Shown piece by piece: positions 31,991 to 48,800 of a DNA stretch of 64,000 bases. Made by a program: the position numbers and the translations under genes. The notes beneath the pieces are model-generated. The model was not told the DNA's origin. It made no database searches and was given only the letters and a program-made list of their open reading frames with translations. How positions within the stretch are numbered: position 1 is the first letter of the stretch; every line of letters begins with the position of its first letter. Source of the stretch: Eledone cirrhosa (taxonomy: Eukaryota); assembly GCA_964016885.1 (NCBI GenBank), contig OZ024741.1:254324001-254388000 (forward strand), given 5' to 3'.

Positions 31991-34589
31991 CTGGCACTGA
32001 CAGAGAAAACAGCAACAACAACAACACTGGCACTGACACAGAAAACAGCAACAACTACAACACTGGCACTGACAGAGAAAACAGCAACAACTACAACAAC
32101 ACTGGCACTGACAGAGAAAACAGCAACAGCAACAACACTGGCACTGACACAGAAAACAGCAACAACAGCAACAACAACACTGGCACTGACACAGAAAACA
32201 GCAACAACAGCAATAACAATGGCACTGACACAGAAAACAGCAACAACAACAACACTGGCACTGACAGAGAAAACAGCAACAACAACACTGGCACTGACAG
32301 AGAAAACAGCAACAACAACAGTGGCACTGACACAGAAAACAGCAACAACTACAACAACACTGGCACTGACAGAGAAAACAGCAACAGCAACAACACTGGC
32401 ACTGACACAGAAAACAGCAACAACTACAACAACACTGGCACTGACAGAGAAAACAGCAACAACTACAACAACACTGGCACTGACAGAGAAAACAGCAACG
32501 ACTACAACAACACTGGCACTGACACAGAAAACAGCAACAACTACAACAACACTGGCACTGACACAGAAAACAGCAACAACAACACTTGGCACTGACAGAG
32601 AAAACAGCAACAACAACAACACTGGCACTGACACAGAAAACAGCAACAACAGCAACAACACTGGCACTGACACAGAAAACAGCAACAACTACAACAACAC
32701 TGGCACTGACAGAGAAAACAGCAACTACTACAACAACACTGGCACTGACACAAAAAACAGCAACAACTACAACAACACTGGCACTGACAGAGAAAACAGC
32801 AACAACTACAACACTGGCACTGACAGAGAAAACAGCAACAACAACAACAACACTGGCACTGACAGAGAAAACAGCAACAACTACAACAACACTGGCACTG
32901 ACACAGAAAACAGCAACAACAACAACAACACTGGCACTGACACAGAAAACAGCAACAACTACAACAACACTGGCACTGACACAGAAAACAGCAACAACTA
33001 CAACAACACTGGCACTGACAGTGAAAACAGCAACAACAACAACACTGGCACTGACAGAGAAAAGAGCAACAACAACAACACTGGCACTGACACAGAAAAC
33101 AGCAACAACTACAACAACACTGGCACTGACAGAGAAAACAGCAACAACTACAACAACACTGGCACTGACAGAGAAAACAGCAACAACTACAACAACACTG
33201 GCACTGACACAGAAAACAGCAACAACTACAACAACACTGGCACTGACACAGAAAACAGCAACAACTACAACAACACTGGCACTGACAGAGAAAACAGCAA
33301 CAACTACAACAACACTGGCACTCACAGAGAAAACAGCAACAACTACAACAACACTGGCACTGACACAGAAAACAGCAACAACTACAACAATACTGGCACT
33401 AACACAGAAAACAGCAACAACTACAACAACACTGGCACTGACACAGAAAACAGCAACAACAACAACACTGGCATTGACACAGAATACAGCAACAACAACA
33501 ACACTGGCACTGACAGAGAAAACAGCAACAACAACAACACTGGCTCTGACAAAGAAAACAGCAACAACAACAACACCGGCACTGACACAGAAAACAGCAA
33601 CAACTACTACAACACTGGCACTGACACAGAAAACAGCAACAACAACAACACTGGCACTGACACAGAAAACAGCAACAACTACAACACTGGCACTGACAGA
33701 GAAAACAGCAACAACTACAACAACACTGGCACTGACAGAGAAAACAGCAACAGCAACAACACTGGCACTGACACAGAAAACAGCAACAACAGCAAAAACA
33801 ACACTGGCACTGACACAGAAAACAGCAACAACAGCAATAACAATGGCACTGACACAGAAAACAGCAACAACAACAACACTGGCACTGACAGAGAAAACAG
33901 CAACAACAACACTGGCACTGACAGAGAAAACAGCAACAACAACAGTGGCACTGACACAGAAAACAGCAACAACTACAACAACACTGGCACTGACAGAGAA
34001 AACAGCAACAACAACAACACTGGCACTGACACAGAAAACAGCAACAACTACAACAACACTGGCACTGACAGAGAAAACAGCAACAACTACAACAACACTG
34101 GCACTGACAGAGAAAACAGCAACAACTACAACAACACTGGCACTGACACAGAAAACAGCAACAACTACAACAACACTGGCACTGACACAGAAAACAGCAA
34201 CAACAACAAAACTGGCACAGACAGAGAAAACAGCAACAACAACAACACTGGCACTGACACAGAAAACAGCAACAACAGCAACAACACTGGCACTGACACA
34301 GAAAACAGCAACAACTACAGCAACACTGGCACTGACAGAGAAAACAGCAACAACTACAACAACACTGGCACTGACAGAGAAAATAGCAACAACAACAACA
34401 CTGGCACTTACACAGAAAACAGCAACAACTACAACAACACTGGCACTGTCAGAGAAAACAGCAACAACTACAACAACACTGGCACTGACAGAGAAAACAG
34501 CAACAGCAACAACACTGGCACTGACACAGAAAACAGCAACAACAACACTGGCACTGACACAGAAAACAGCAACAACAGCAACAACAACA

Positions 34590-37000
34590 CTGGCACTGAC
34601 ACAGAAAACAGCAACAACAACAACACTGGCACTGACAGAGAAAACAGCAACAACAACACTGGCACTGACAGAGAAAACAGCAACAACAACAACACTGGCA
34701 CTGACACAGAAAACAGCAACAACAACAGTGGCACTGACACAGAAAACAGCAACAACAACAACACTGGCACTGACACAGAAAACAGAAACAACTACAACAA
34801 CATTGGCACTGACAGAGAAAGCAGCAACAACTACAACAACACTGGCACTGACAGAGAAAACAGCAACAGCAACAAGACTTGCACTGACACAGAAAACAGC
34901 AACAACTACAACAACACTGGCACTGACAGAGAAAACAGCAACAACTACAACAACACTGGCACTGACAGAGAAAACAGCAACAACTACAACAATACTGGCA
35001 CTGACACAGAAAACAGCAACAACTACAACAAGACTGGCACTGACACAGAAAACAGCAACAACTACAACAACACTGGCACTGACAGAGAAAACAGCAACAA
35101 CAACAACACCGGCACTGACACAGAAAACAGCAACAACTACAACAACACTGGCACGGAAAACAGCAACAACAGCAACAACAACACTGGCACTGACACAGAA
35201 AACCGCAACAACAGCAACAACAACACTGGCACTGACACAGAAAACAGCAACAACAACAACACTGGCACTGACACAGAAAACAGCAACAACAACAACACTG
35301 GCACTGACAGAGAAAACAGCAACAACAACAACACTGGCTCTGACAGAGAAAACAGCAACAACAACAACACCGGCACTGACACAGAAAACAGCAACAACTA
35401 CTACAACACTGGCACTGACAGAGAAAACAGCAACAACAACAACACTGGCACTGACACAGAAAACAGCAACAACTACAACACTGGAACTGACAGAGAAAAC
35501 AGCAACAACTACAACAACACTGGCACTGACAGAGAAAACAGCAACAGCAACAACACTGGCACTGACACAGAAAACAGCAACAACAGCAAAAACAACACTG
35601 GCACTGACACAGAAAACAGCAACAACAGCAATAACAATGGCACTGACACAGAAAACAGCAACAACAACAACACTGGCACTGACAGAGAAAACAGCAACAA
35701 CAACACTGGCACTGACAGAGAAAACAGCAACAACAACAGTGGCACTGACACAGAAAACAGCAACAACTACAACAACACTGGCACTGACACAGAAAACAGC
35801 AACAACAACAACACTGGCACTGACACAGAAAACAGCAACAACAACAACACTGGCACTGACAGAGAAAACAGCAACAACAACACTGGCACTGACAGAGAAA
35901 ACAGCAACAACAACAACACTGGCACTGACACAGAAAACAGCAACAACAACAGTGGCACTGACACAGAAAACAGCAACAACAACAACACTGGCACTGACAC
36001 AGAAAACAGAAACAACTACAACAACATTGGCACTGACAGAGAAAGCAGCAACAACTACAACAACACTGGCACTGACAGAGAAAACAGCAACAGCAACAAC
36101 ACTTGCACTGACACAGAAAACAGCAACAACTACAACAACACTGGCACTGACAGAGAAAACAGCAACAACTACAACAACACTGGCACTGACAGAGAAAACA
36201 GCAACAACTACAACAATACTGGCACTGACACAGAAAACAGCAACAACTACAACAACACTGGCACTGACACAGAAAACAGCAACAACTACAACAACACTGG
36301 CACTGACAGAGAAAACAGCAACAACAACAACACCGGCACTGACACAGAAAACAGCAACAACTACAACAACACTGGCACGGAAAACAGCAACAACAGCAAC
36401 AACAACACTGGCACTGACACAGAAAACAGCAACAACAACAACACTGGCACTGACACAGAAAACAGTAACAACAACAACACTGGCACTGACAGAGAAAACA
36501 GCAACAACAACAACACTGGCTCTGACAGAGAAAACAGCAACAACAACAACACCGGCACTGACACAGAAAACAGCAACAACTACTACAACACTGGCACTGA
36601 CAGAGAAAACAGCAACAACAACAACACTGGCACTGACACAGAAAACAACAACAACTACAACACTGGCACTGACAGAGAAAACAGCAACAACTACAACAAC
36701 ACTGGCACTGACAGAGAAAACAGCAACAGCAACAACACTGGCACTGACACAGAAAACAGCAACAACAGCAAAAACAACACTGGCACTGACACAGAAAACA
36801 GCAACAACAGCAATAACAATGGCACTGACACAGAAAACAGCAACAACAACAACACTGGCACTGACAGAGAAAACAGCAACAACAACACTGGCACTGACAG
36901 AGAAAACAGCAACAACAACAGTGGCACTGACACAGAAAACAGCAACAACTACAACAACACTGGCACTGACACAGAAAACAGCAACAACAACAACACTGGC
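34590..37000 (+). repeat. Tandem duplication, period 1224 bp (second copy lacks one 42-bp monomer)
   Basis: ORF pairs 34791/36015 and 35137/36361 have offset 1224, then 35509/36691 has offset 1182. AACAGA, ATTGGC, TTGCAC and GGCACGGAA variants are shared in the same order. Confidence 0.88.
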
Positions 37001-39824
37001 ACTGACACAGAAAACAGCAACAACTACAACAACACTGGCACTGACACAGAAAACAGCAACAACTACAACAACACTGGCACTGACAGAGAAAACAGCAACA
37101 ACTACAACAACATTGGCACTGACACAGAAAACAGCAACAACTACAACAACACTGGCACTGACACAGAAAACAGCAACAACAACAACACTGGCACTGACAG
37201 AGAAAACAGCAACAACAACAACACTGGCACTGACACAGAAAACAGCAACAACACTGGCACTGACACAGAAAACAGCAACAACTACAACAACACTGGCACT
37301 AACAGAGAAAACAGCAACAACTACAACAACACTGGCACTGACAGAGAAAATAGCAACAACAACAACACTGGCACTTACACAGAAAACAGCAACAACTACA
37401 ACAACACTGGCACTGTCAGAGAAAACAGCAACAACTACAACAACACTGGCACTGACAGAGAAAACAGCAACAGCAACAACACTGGCACTGACACAGAAAA
37501 CAGCAACAACAGCAACAACAACACTGGCACTGACACAGAAAACAGCAACAACAGCAACAACAACACTGGCACTGACACAGAAAACAGCAACAACTACAAC
37601 ACTGGCACTGACACAGAAAACAGCAACAACTACAACAACACTGGCACTGACACAGAAAACAGCAACAACAACAACACTGGCACTGACAGAGAAAACAGCA
37701 ACAACAACAACACCGGCACTGGCACAGAAAACAGCAACAACTACAACAACACTGGCACTGACAGAGAAAACAGCAACAACTACAACAACACTGGCACTGA
37801 CAGAGAAAACAGCAACAACAACAACACTGGCACTGACACAGAAAACAGCAACAACTACAACAACACTGGCACTGACAGAGAAAACAGCAACAACTACAAC
37901 AACACTGGCACTGACAGAGAAAACAGCAACAGCAACAACACTGGCACTGGCACAGAAAATAACAACAACAGCAACAACAACACTGGCACTGACACAGAAA
38001 ACAGCAACAACAGCAACAACAACACTGGCACTGACACAGAAAACAGCAACAACAACAACAACAACACTGGCACTGACAGAGAAAACAGCAACAACAACAC
38101 TGGCACTGACAGAGAAAACAGCAACAACAACAACACTGGCACTGACACAGAAAACAGCAACAACAGCAAAAACAACAGTGGCACTGACACAGAAAACAGC
38201 AACAACAGCAACAATAACACAGGCACTGGCACAGAAAACAGCAACAGCAACAACAACAACAACACTGGCATTGACAGAGAAAACAGCAACAACTACAACA
38301 CTGGCACTGACAGAGAAAACAGCAACAACAACACTGGCACTGACAGAGAAAACAGCAACAACTACAACAACACTGGCACTGACACAGAAAACAGCATCAA
38401 CTACAACAAAACTGGCACTGACAGAGAAAACAGCAACAACTTCAACAACACTGGCACTGACAGAGAAAACAGCAACAACAACAACACTGGCACTGACACA
38501 GAAAACAGCAACAACTAAAACAACACTGGCACTGACAGAGAAAACAACAACGACTACAACAACACTGGCACTGACACAGAAAACAGCAACAACTACAACA
38601 ACACTGGCACTGACAGAGAAAACAGCAACAACAACACTGGCACTGACACAGAAAACAGCAACAACTACAACAACACTGGCACTGACAGAGAAAACAGCAA
38701 CAACTACAACAACACTGGCACTCAGAGAAAACAGCAACAACTACAACAACACTGGCACTGACACAGAAAACAGCAACAACTACAACACTGGCACTGACAG
38801 AGAAAACAGCAACAACAACAACACTGGCTCTGACAGAGAAAACAGCAAAAACAACAACACCGGCACTGACACAGAAAACAGCAACAACTACAACAACACT
38901 GGCACTGACAGAGAAAACAGCAACAACTACAACAACACTGGCACTGACAGAGAAAACAGCAACAACAACAACACTGGCACTGACACAGAAAACAGCAACA
39001 ACAGCAACAACAACACTGGCACTGACACAGAAAACAGCAACAACAGCAATAACAATGGCACTGACACAGAAAACAGCAACAACAACAACACTGGCACTGA
39101 CAGAGAAAACAGCAACAACAACACTGGCACTGACAGAGAAAACAGCAACAACAACAGTGGCACTGACACAAAAAACAGCAACAACTACAACAACACTGGC
39201 ACTGACAGAGAAAACAGCAACAACAACAACACTGGCACTGACACAGAAAACAGCAACAACTACAACAACACTGGCACTGACAGAGAAAACAGCAACAACT
39301 ACAACAACACTGGCACTGACCGAGAAAACACCAACAACTACAACAACACTGGCACTGACACAGAAAACAGCAACAACTACAACAACACTGGCACTGAAAC
39401 AGAAAACAGCAACAACAACAACACTGGCACTGACAGAGAAAACAGCAACAACAACAACACTGGCACTGACACAGAAAACAGCAACAGCAGCAACAACACT
39501 GGCACTGACACAGAAAACAGCAACAACAGCAACAACAACACTGGCACTGACACAGAAAACAGCAACAACAGCAACAACAACACTGGCACTGACACAGAAA
39601 ACAGCAACAACAACAACACTGGCACTGACAGAGAAAACAGCAACAATAACACTGGCACTGACAGAGAAAACAGCAACAACAACAACACTGGCACTGACAC
39701 AGAAAACAGCAACAACAACAGTGTCACTGACACAGAAAACAGCAACAACTACAACAACACTGGCACTGACAGAGAAAACAGCAACAACAACATTGGCACT
39801 GACAGAGAAAAGAGCAACAACAAC

Positions 39825-42800
39825 AACACTGGCACTGACACAGAAAACAGCAACAACAACAGTGGCACTGACACAGAAAACAGCAACAACTACAACAACA
39901 CTGGCACTGACAGAGAAAACAGCAACAACAACAACACTGGCACTGACACAGAAAACAGAAACAACTACAACAACATTGGCACTGACAGAGAAAGCAGCAA
40001 CAACTACAACAACACTGGCACTGACAGAGAAAACAGCAACAGCAACAACACTGGCACTGACACAGAAAACAGCAACAACTACAACAACACTGGCACTGAC
40101 AGAGAAAACAGCAACAACTACAACAACACTGGCACTGACAGAGAAAACAGCAACAACTACAACAACACTGGCACTGACACAGAAAACAGCAACAACTACA
40201 ATAACACTGGCACTGACACAGAAAACAGCAACAACTACAATAACACTGGCACTGACAGAGAAAACAGCAACAACAACAACACCGGCACTGACACAGAAAA
40301 CAGCAACAACTACAACAACACTGGCACAGAAAACACCAACAACAGCAACAACACTGGCACTGACACAGAAAACAGCAACAACAGCAACAACCGTGGCACT
40401 GACACAGAAAACAGCAACAACAGCAACAATAACACTGGCACTGGCACAGAAAACAGCAACAGCAACACTGGAACTGACACAGAAAACAGCAACAGTAACA
40501 ACAACAACACTGGCACTGACACAGAAAACAGCAACAACAACAACACTGGCACTGACAGTGAAAATAGCAACAGCAACAACACTGGCACTGACAGAGAAAA
40601 CAGCAACAACAACAACACTGGCACTGACACAGAAAACAGCAACAACTACAACAACACTGGCACTGACAGAGAAAACAGCAACAACTACAACAACACTGGC
40701 ACTGACAGAGAAAACAGCAACAACTACAACAACACTGGCACTGACACAGAAAACAGCAACAACTACAACAACACTGGCACTGACACAGAAAACAGCAACA
40801 ACAACAACAACACTGGCACTGACACAGAAAACAGCAACAACAACAACACTGGCACTGACAGTGAAAATAGCAACAACAACAACACTGGCACTGACAGAGA
40901 AAACAGCAACAACAACAACACTGGCACTGACACAGAAAACAGCAACAACTACAACAACACTGGCACTGACACAGAAAACAGCAACAACTACAACAACACT
41001 GGCACTGACAGAGAAAACAGCAACAACTACAACACTGGCACTGACAGAGAAAACAGCAACAACAACAACACTGGCACTGACAGAGAAAACAGCAATAACT
41101 ACAACAACACTGGCACTGACACAGAAAACAGCAACAACTACAACAACACTGGCACTGACACAGAAAACAGCAACAACAACAACAACACTGGCACTGACAC
41201 AGAAAACAGCAACAACTACAACAACACTGGTACTGACACAGAAAACAGCAACAACTACAACAACACTGGCACTGACAGAGAAAACAGCAACAACTACAAC
41301 ACTGGCACTGACAGAGAAAACAGCAACAACAACAACACTGGCACTGACAGAGAAAACAGCAACAACTACAACAACACTGGCACTGACACAGAAAACAGCA
41401 ACAACAACAACAACACTGGCACTGACACAGAAAACAGCAACAACACCAACACTGGCACTGACAGTGAAAATAGCAACAACAACACTGGCACTGACAGAGA
41501 AAACAGCAACAACAACAACACTGGCACTGACACAGAAAACAGCAACAACAACAACACTGGCACTGACACAGAAAACAGCAACAACTACAACAACACTGGC
41601 ACTGACAGAGAAAACAGCAACAACTACAACACTGGCAATGTCAGAGAAAACAGCAACAACAACAACACTGGCACTGACAGAGAAAACAGCAACAACTACA
41701 ACAACACTGGCACTGACACAGAAAACAGCAACAACTACAACAACACTGGCACTGACAGTGAAAACAGCAACAACAACAACACTGGCACTGACAGAGAAAA
41801 CAGCAACAACAACAACACTGGCACTGACACAGAAAACAGCAACAACTACAACAACACTGGCACTGACAGAGAAAACAGCAACAACTACAACAACACTGGC
41901 ACTGACAGAGAAAACAGCAACAACTACAACAACACTGGCACTGACACAGAAAACAGCAACAACTACAACAACACTGACACTGACACAGAAAACAGCAACA
42001 ACTACAACAACACTGGCACTGACAGAGAAAACAGCAACAACTACAACAACACTGGCACTCACAGAGAAAACAGCAACAACTACAACAACACTGGCACTGA
42101 CACAGAAAGCAGCAACAACTACAACAACACTGGCACTGACACAGAAAACAGCAACAACTACAACAACACTGGCACTGACAGAGAAAACAGCAACAACAAC
42201 AACACTGGCACTGACACAGAAAACAGCAACAACTACAACACTGGCACTGACAGAGAAAACAGCAACAACTACAACAACACTGGCACTGACAGAGAAAACA
42301 GCAACAGCAACAACACTGGCACTGACACAGAAAACAGCAACAACAGCAACAACAACACTGGCACTGACACAGAAAACAGCAACAACAGCAATAACAATGG
42401 CACTGACACAGAAAACAGCAACAACAACAACACTGGCACTGACAGAGAAAACAGCAACAACAACACTGGCACTGACAGAGAAAACAGCAACAACAACAGT
42501 GGCACTGACACAGAAAACAGCAACAACTACAACAACACTGGCACTGACAGAGAAAACAGCAACAACAACACTGGCACTGACACAGAAAACAGCAACAACT
42601 ACAACAACACTGGCACTGACAGAGAAAACAGCAACAACTACAACAACACTGGCACTGACAGAGAAAACAGCAACGACTACAACAACACTGGCACTGACAC
42701 AGAAAACAGCAACAACTACAACAACACTGGCACTGACACAGAAAACAGCAACAACAACACTTGGCACTGACAGAGAAAACAGCAACAACAACAACACTGG

Positions 42801-45800
42801 CACTGACACAGAAAACAGCAACAACAGCAACAACACTGGCACTGACACAGAAAACAGCAACAACTACAACAACACTGGCACTGACAGAGAAAACAGCAAC
42901 AACTACAACAACACTGGCACTGACACAGAAAACAGCAACAACTACAACAACACTGGCACTGACAGAGAAAACAGCAACAACTACAACACTGGCACTGACA
43001 GAGAAAACAGCAACAACAACAACAACACTGGCACTGACAGAGAAAACAGCAACAACTACAACAACACTGGCACTGACACAGAAAACAGCAACAACAACAA
43101 CAACAACACTGGCACTGACAGAGAAAACAGCAACAACAACACTGGCACTGACAGAGAAAACAGCAACAACAACAACACTGGCACTGACACAGAAAACAGC
43201 AACAACAGCAAAAACAACAGTGGCACTGACACAGAAAACAGCAACAACAGCAACAATAACACAGGCACTGGCACAGAAAACAGCAACAGCAACAACAACA
43301 ACAACACTGGCACTGACAGAGAAAACAGCAACAACTACAACACTGGCACTGACAGAGAAAACAGCAACAACAACACTGGCACTGACAGAGAAAACAGCAA
43401 CAACTACAACAACACTGGCACTGACACAGAAAACAGCATCAACTACAACAAAACTGGCACTGACAGAGAAAACAGCAACAACTACAACAACACTGGCACT
43501 GACAGAGAAAACAGCAACAACAACAACACTGGCACTGACACAGAAAACAGCAACAACTACAACAACACTGGCACTGACAGAGAAAACAACAACGACTACA
43601 ACAACACTGGCACTGACACAGAAAACAGCAACAACTACAACAACACTGGCACTGACAGAGAAAACAGCAACAACAACACTGGCACTGACACAGAAAACAG
43701 CAACAACTACCACAACACTGGCACTGACAGAGAAAACAGCAACAACTACAACAACACTGGCACTCAGAGAAAACAGCAACAACTACAACAACACTGGCAC
43801 TGACACAGAAAACAGCAACAACTACAACACTGACACTGACAGAGAAAACAGCAACAACAACAACACTGGCTCTGACAGAGAAAACAGCAAAAACAACAAC
43901 ACCGGCACTGACACAGAAAACAGCAACAACTACAACAACACTGGCACTGACAGAGAAAACAGCAACAACTACAACAACACTGGCACTGACAGAGAAAACA
44001 GCAACAACAACAACACTGGCACTGACACAGAAAACAGCAACAACTACAACACTGGCACTGACAGAGAAAACAGCAACAACTACAACAACACTGGCACTGA
44101 CAGAGAAAACAGCAACAGCAACAACACTGGCACTGACACAGAAAACAGCAACAACAGCAACAACAACACTGGCACTGACACAGAAAACAGCAACAACAGC
44201 AATAACAATGGCACTGACACAGAAAACAGCAACAACAACAACACTGGCACTGACAGAGAAAACAGCAACAACAACACTGGCACTGACAGAGAAAACAGCA
44301 ACAACAACAGTGGCACTGACACAAAAAACAGCAACAACTACAACAACACTGGCACTGACAGAGACAACAGCAACAACAACAACACTGGCACTGACACAGA
44401 AAACAGCAACAACTACAACAACACTGGCACTGACAGAGAAAACAGCAACAACTACAACAACACTGGCACTGACCGAGAAAACAGCAACAACTACAACAAC
44501 ACTGGCACTGACACAGAAAACAGCAACAACTACAACAACACTGGCACTGAAACAGAAAACAGCAACAACAACAACACTGGCACTGACAGAGAAAACAGCA
44601 ACAACAACAACACTGGCACTGACACAGAAAACAGCAACAGCAGCAACAACACTGGCACTGACACAGAAAACAGCAATAACTACAACAACACTGGCACTGA
44701 CAGAGAAAACAGCAACAACTACAACAACACTGGCACTGACAGAGAAAATAGTAACAACAACAACACTGGCACTGACACAGAAAACAGCAACAACTACAAC
44801 AACACTGGCATTGACAGAGAAAACAGCAACAACTACAACAACACTGGCACTGACAGAGAAAACAGCAACAGCAACAACACTGGCACTGACACAGAAAACA
44901 GCAACAACAGCAACAATAACACAGGCACTGGCACAGAAAACAGCAACAGCAACAACAACAACAACACTGGCACTGACAGAGAAAACAGCAACAACTACAA
45001 CACTGGCACTGACAGAGAAAACAGCAACAACAACACTGGCACTGACAGAGAAAACAGCAACAACTACAACAACACTGGCACTGACAGAGAAAACAGCAAC
45101 AGCAACAACACTGGCACTGACACAGAAAACAGCAACAACAGCAACAACAACACTGGCACTGACACAGAAAACAGCAACAACAGCAATAACAATGGCACTG
45201 ACACAGAAAACAGCAACAACAACAACACTGGCACTGACAGAGAAAACAGCAACAACAACACTGGCACTGACAGAGAAAACAGCAACAACAACAGTGGCAC
45301 TGACACAAAAAACAGCAACAACTACAACAACACTGGCACTGACAGAGACAACAGCAACAACAACAACACTGGCACTGACACAGAAAACAGCAACAACTAC
45401 AACAACACTGGCACTGACAGAGAAAACAGCAACAACTACAACAACACTGGCACTGACCGAGAAAACAGCAACAACTACAACAACACTGGCACTGACACAG
45501 AAAACAGCAACAACTACAACAACACTGGCACTGAAACAGAAAACAGCAACAACAACAACACTGGCACTGACAGAGAAAACAGCAACAACAACAACACTGG
45601 CACTGACACAGAAAACAGCAACAGCAGCAACAACACTGGCACTGACACAGAAAACAGCAATAACTACAACAACACTGGCACTGACAGAGAAAACAGCAAC
45701 AACTACAACAACACTGGCACTGACAGAGAAAATAGTAACAACAACAACACTGGCACTGACACAGAAAACAGCAACAACTACAACAACACTGGCATTGACA

Positions 45801-48800
45801 GAGAAAACAGCAACAACTACAACAACACTGGCACTGACAGAGAAAACAGCAACAGCAACAACACTGGCACTGACACAGAAAACAGCAACAACAGCAACAA
45901 TAACACAGGCACTGGCACAGAAAACAGCAACAGCAACAACAACAACAACACTGGCACTGACAGAGAAAACAGCAACAACTACAACACTGGCACTGACAGA
46001 GAAAACAGCAACAACAACACTGGCACTGACAGAGAAAACAGCAACAACTACAACAACACTGGCACTGACAGAGAAAACAGCAACAGCAACAACACTGGCA
46101 CTGACACAGAAAACAGCAACAACAGCAACAACAACACTGGCACTGACACAGAAAACAGCAACAACAGCAATAACAATGGCACTGACACAGAAAACAGCAA
46201 CAACAACAACACTGGCACTGACAGAGAAAACAGCAACAACAACACTGGCACTGACAGAGAAAACAGCAACAACAACAGTGGCACTGACACAAAAAACAGC
46301 AACAACTACAACAACACTGGCACTGACAGAGACAACAGCAACAACAACAACACTGGCACTGACACAGAAAACAGCAACAACTACAACAACACTGGCACTG
46401 ACAGAGAAAACAGCAACAACTACAACAACACTGGCACTGACCGAGAAAACAGCAACAACTACAACAACACTGGCACTGACACAGAAAACAGCAACAACTA
46501 CAACAACACTGGCACTGAAACAGAAAACAGCAACAACAACAACACTGGCACTGACAGAGAAAACAGCAACAACAACAACACTGGCACTGACACAGAAAAC
46601 AGCAACAGCAGCAACAACACTGGCACTGACACAGAAAACAGCAATAACTACAACAACACTGGCACTGACAGAGAAAACAGCAACAACTACAACAACACTG
46701 GCACTGACAGAGAAAATAGTAACAACAACAACACTGGCACTGACACAGAAAACAGCAACAACTACAACAACACTGGCATTGACAGAGAAAACAGCAACAA
46801 CTACAACAACACTGGCACTGACAGAGAAAACAGCAACAGCAACAACACTGGCACTGACACAGAAAACAGCAACAACAGCAACAATAACACAGGCACTGGC
46901 ACAGAAAACAGCAACAGCAACAACAACAACAACACTGGCACTGACAGAGAAAACAGCAACAACTACAACACTGGCACTGACAGAGAAAACAGCAACAACA
47001 ACACTGGCACTGACAGAGAAAACAGCAACAACTACAACAACACTGGCACTGACACAGAAAACAGCATCAACTACAACAAAACTGGCACTGACAGAGAAAA
47101 CAGCAACAACTACAACAACACTGGCACTGACAGAGAAAACAGCAACAACAACAACACTGGCACTGACACAGAAAACAGCAACAACTACAACAACACTGGC
47201 ACTGACAGAGAAAACAACAACGACTACAACAACACTGGCACTGACACAGAAAACAGCAACAACTACAACAACACTGGCACTGACAGAGAAAACAGCAACA
47301 ACAACACTGGCACTGACACAGAAAACAGCAACAACTACAACAACACTGGCACTGACAGAGAAAACAGCAACAACTACAACAACACTGGCACTCAGAGAAA
47401 ACAGCAACAACTACAACAACACTGGCACTGACACAGAAAACAGCAACAACTACAACACTGGCACTGACAGAGAAAACAGCAACAACAACAACACTGGCTC
47501 TGACAGAGAAAACAGCAAAAACAACAACACCGGCACTGACACAGAAAACAGCAACAACTACAACAACACTGGCACTGACAGAGAAAACAGCAACAACTAC
47601 AACAACACTGGCACTGACAGAGAAAACAGCAACAACAACAACACTGGCACTGACACAGAAAACAGCGACAACTACAACACTGGCACCGACAGAGAAAACA
47701 GCAACAACTACAACAACACTGGCACTGACAGAGAAAACAGCAACAGCAACAACACTGGCACTGACACAGAAAACAGCAACAACAGCAACAACAACACTGG
47801 CACTGACACAGAAAACAGCAACAACAGCAATAACAATGGCACTGACACAGAAAACAGCAACAACAACAACACTGGCACTGACAGAGAAAACAACAACAAC
47901 AACACTGTCACTGACAGAGAAAACAGCAACAACAACAGTGGCACTGACACAAAAAACAGCAACAACTACAACAACACTGGCACTGACAGAGAAAACAGCA
48001 ACAACAACACTGGCACTGACACAGAAAACAGCAACAACTACAACAACACTGGCACTGACAGAGAAAACAGCAACAACTACAACAACACTGGCACTGACCG
48101 AGAAAACAGCAACAACTACAACAACACTGGCACTGACACAGAAAACAGCAACAACTACAACAACACTGGCACTGAAACAGAAAACAGCAACAACAACAAC
48201 ACTGGCACTGACAGAGAAAACAGCAACAACAACAACACTGGCACTGACACAGAAAACAGCAACAGCAGCAACAACACTGGCACTGACACAGAAATCAGCA
48301 ACAACTACAACAACACTGGCACTGACAGAGAAAACAGCAACAACTACAACAACACTGGCACTGACAGAGAAAATAGTAACAACAACAACACTGGCACTGA
48401 CACAGAAAACAGCAACAACTACAACAACACTGGCATTGACAGAGAAAACAGCAACAACTACAACAACACTGGCACTGACAGAGAAAACAGCAACAGCAAC
48501 AACACTGGCACTGACACAGAAAACAGCAACAACAGCAACAACAACACTGGCACTGACACAGAAAACAGCAACAACAACAGTGGCACTGACACAGAAAACA
48601 GCAACAACTACAACAACACTGGCACTGACAGAGAAAACAGCAACAACAACAACACTGGCACTGACACAGAAAACAGAAACAACTACAACAACATTGGCAC
48701 TGACAGAGAAAGCAGCAACAACTACAACAACACTGGCACTGACAGAGAAAACAGCAACAGCAACAACACTGGCACTGACACAGAAAACAGCAACAACTAC

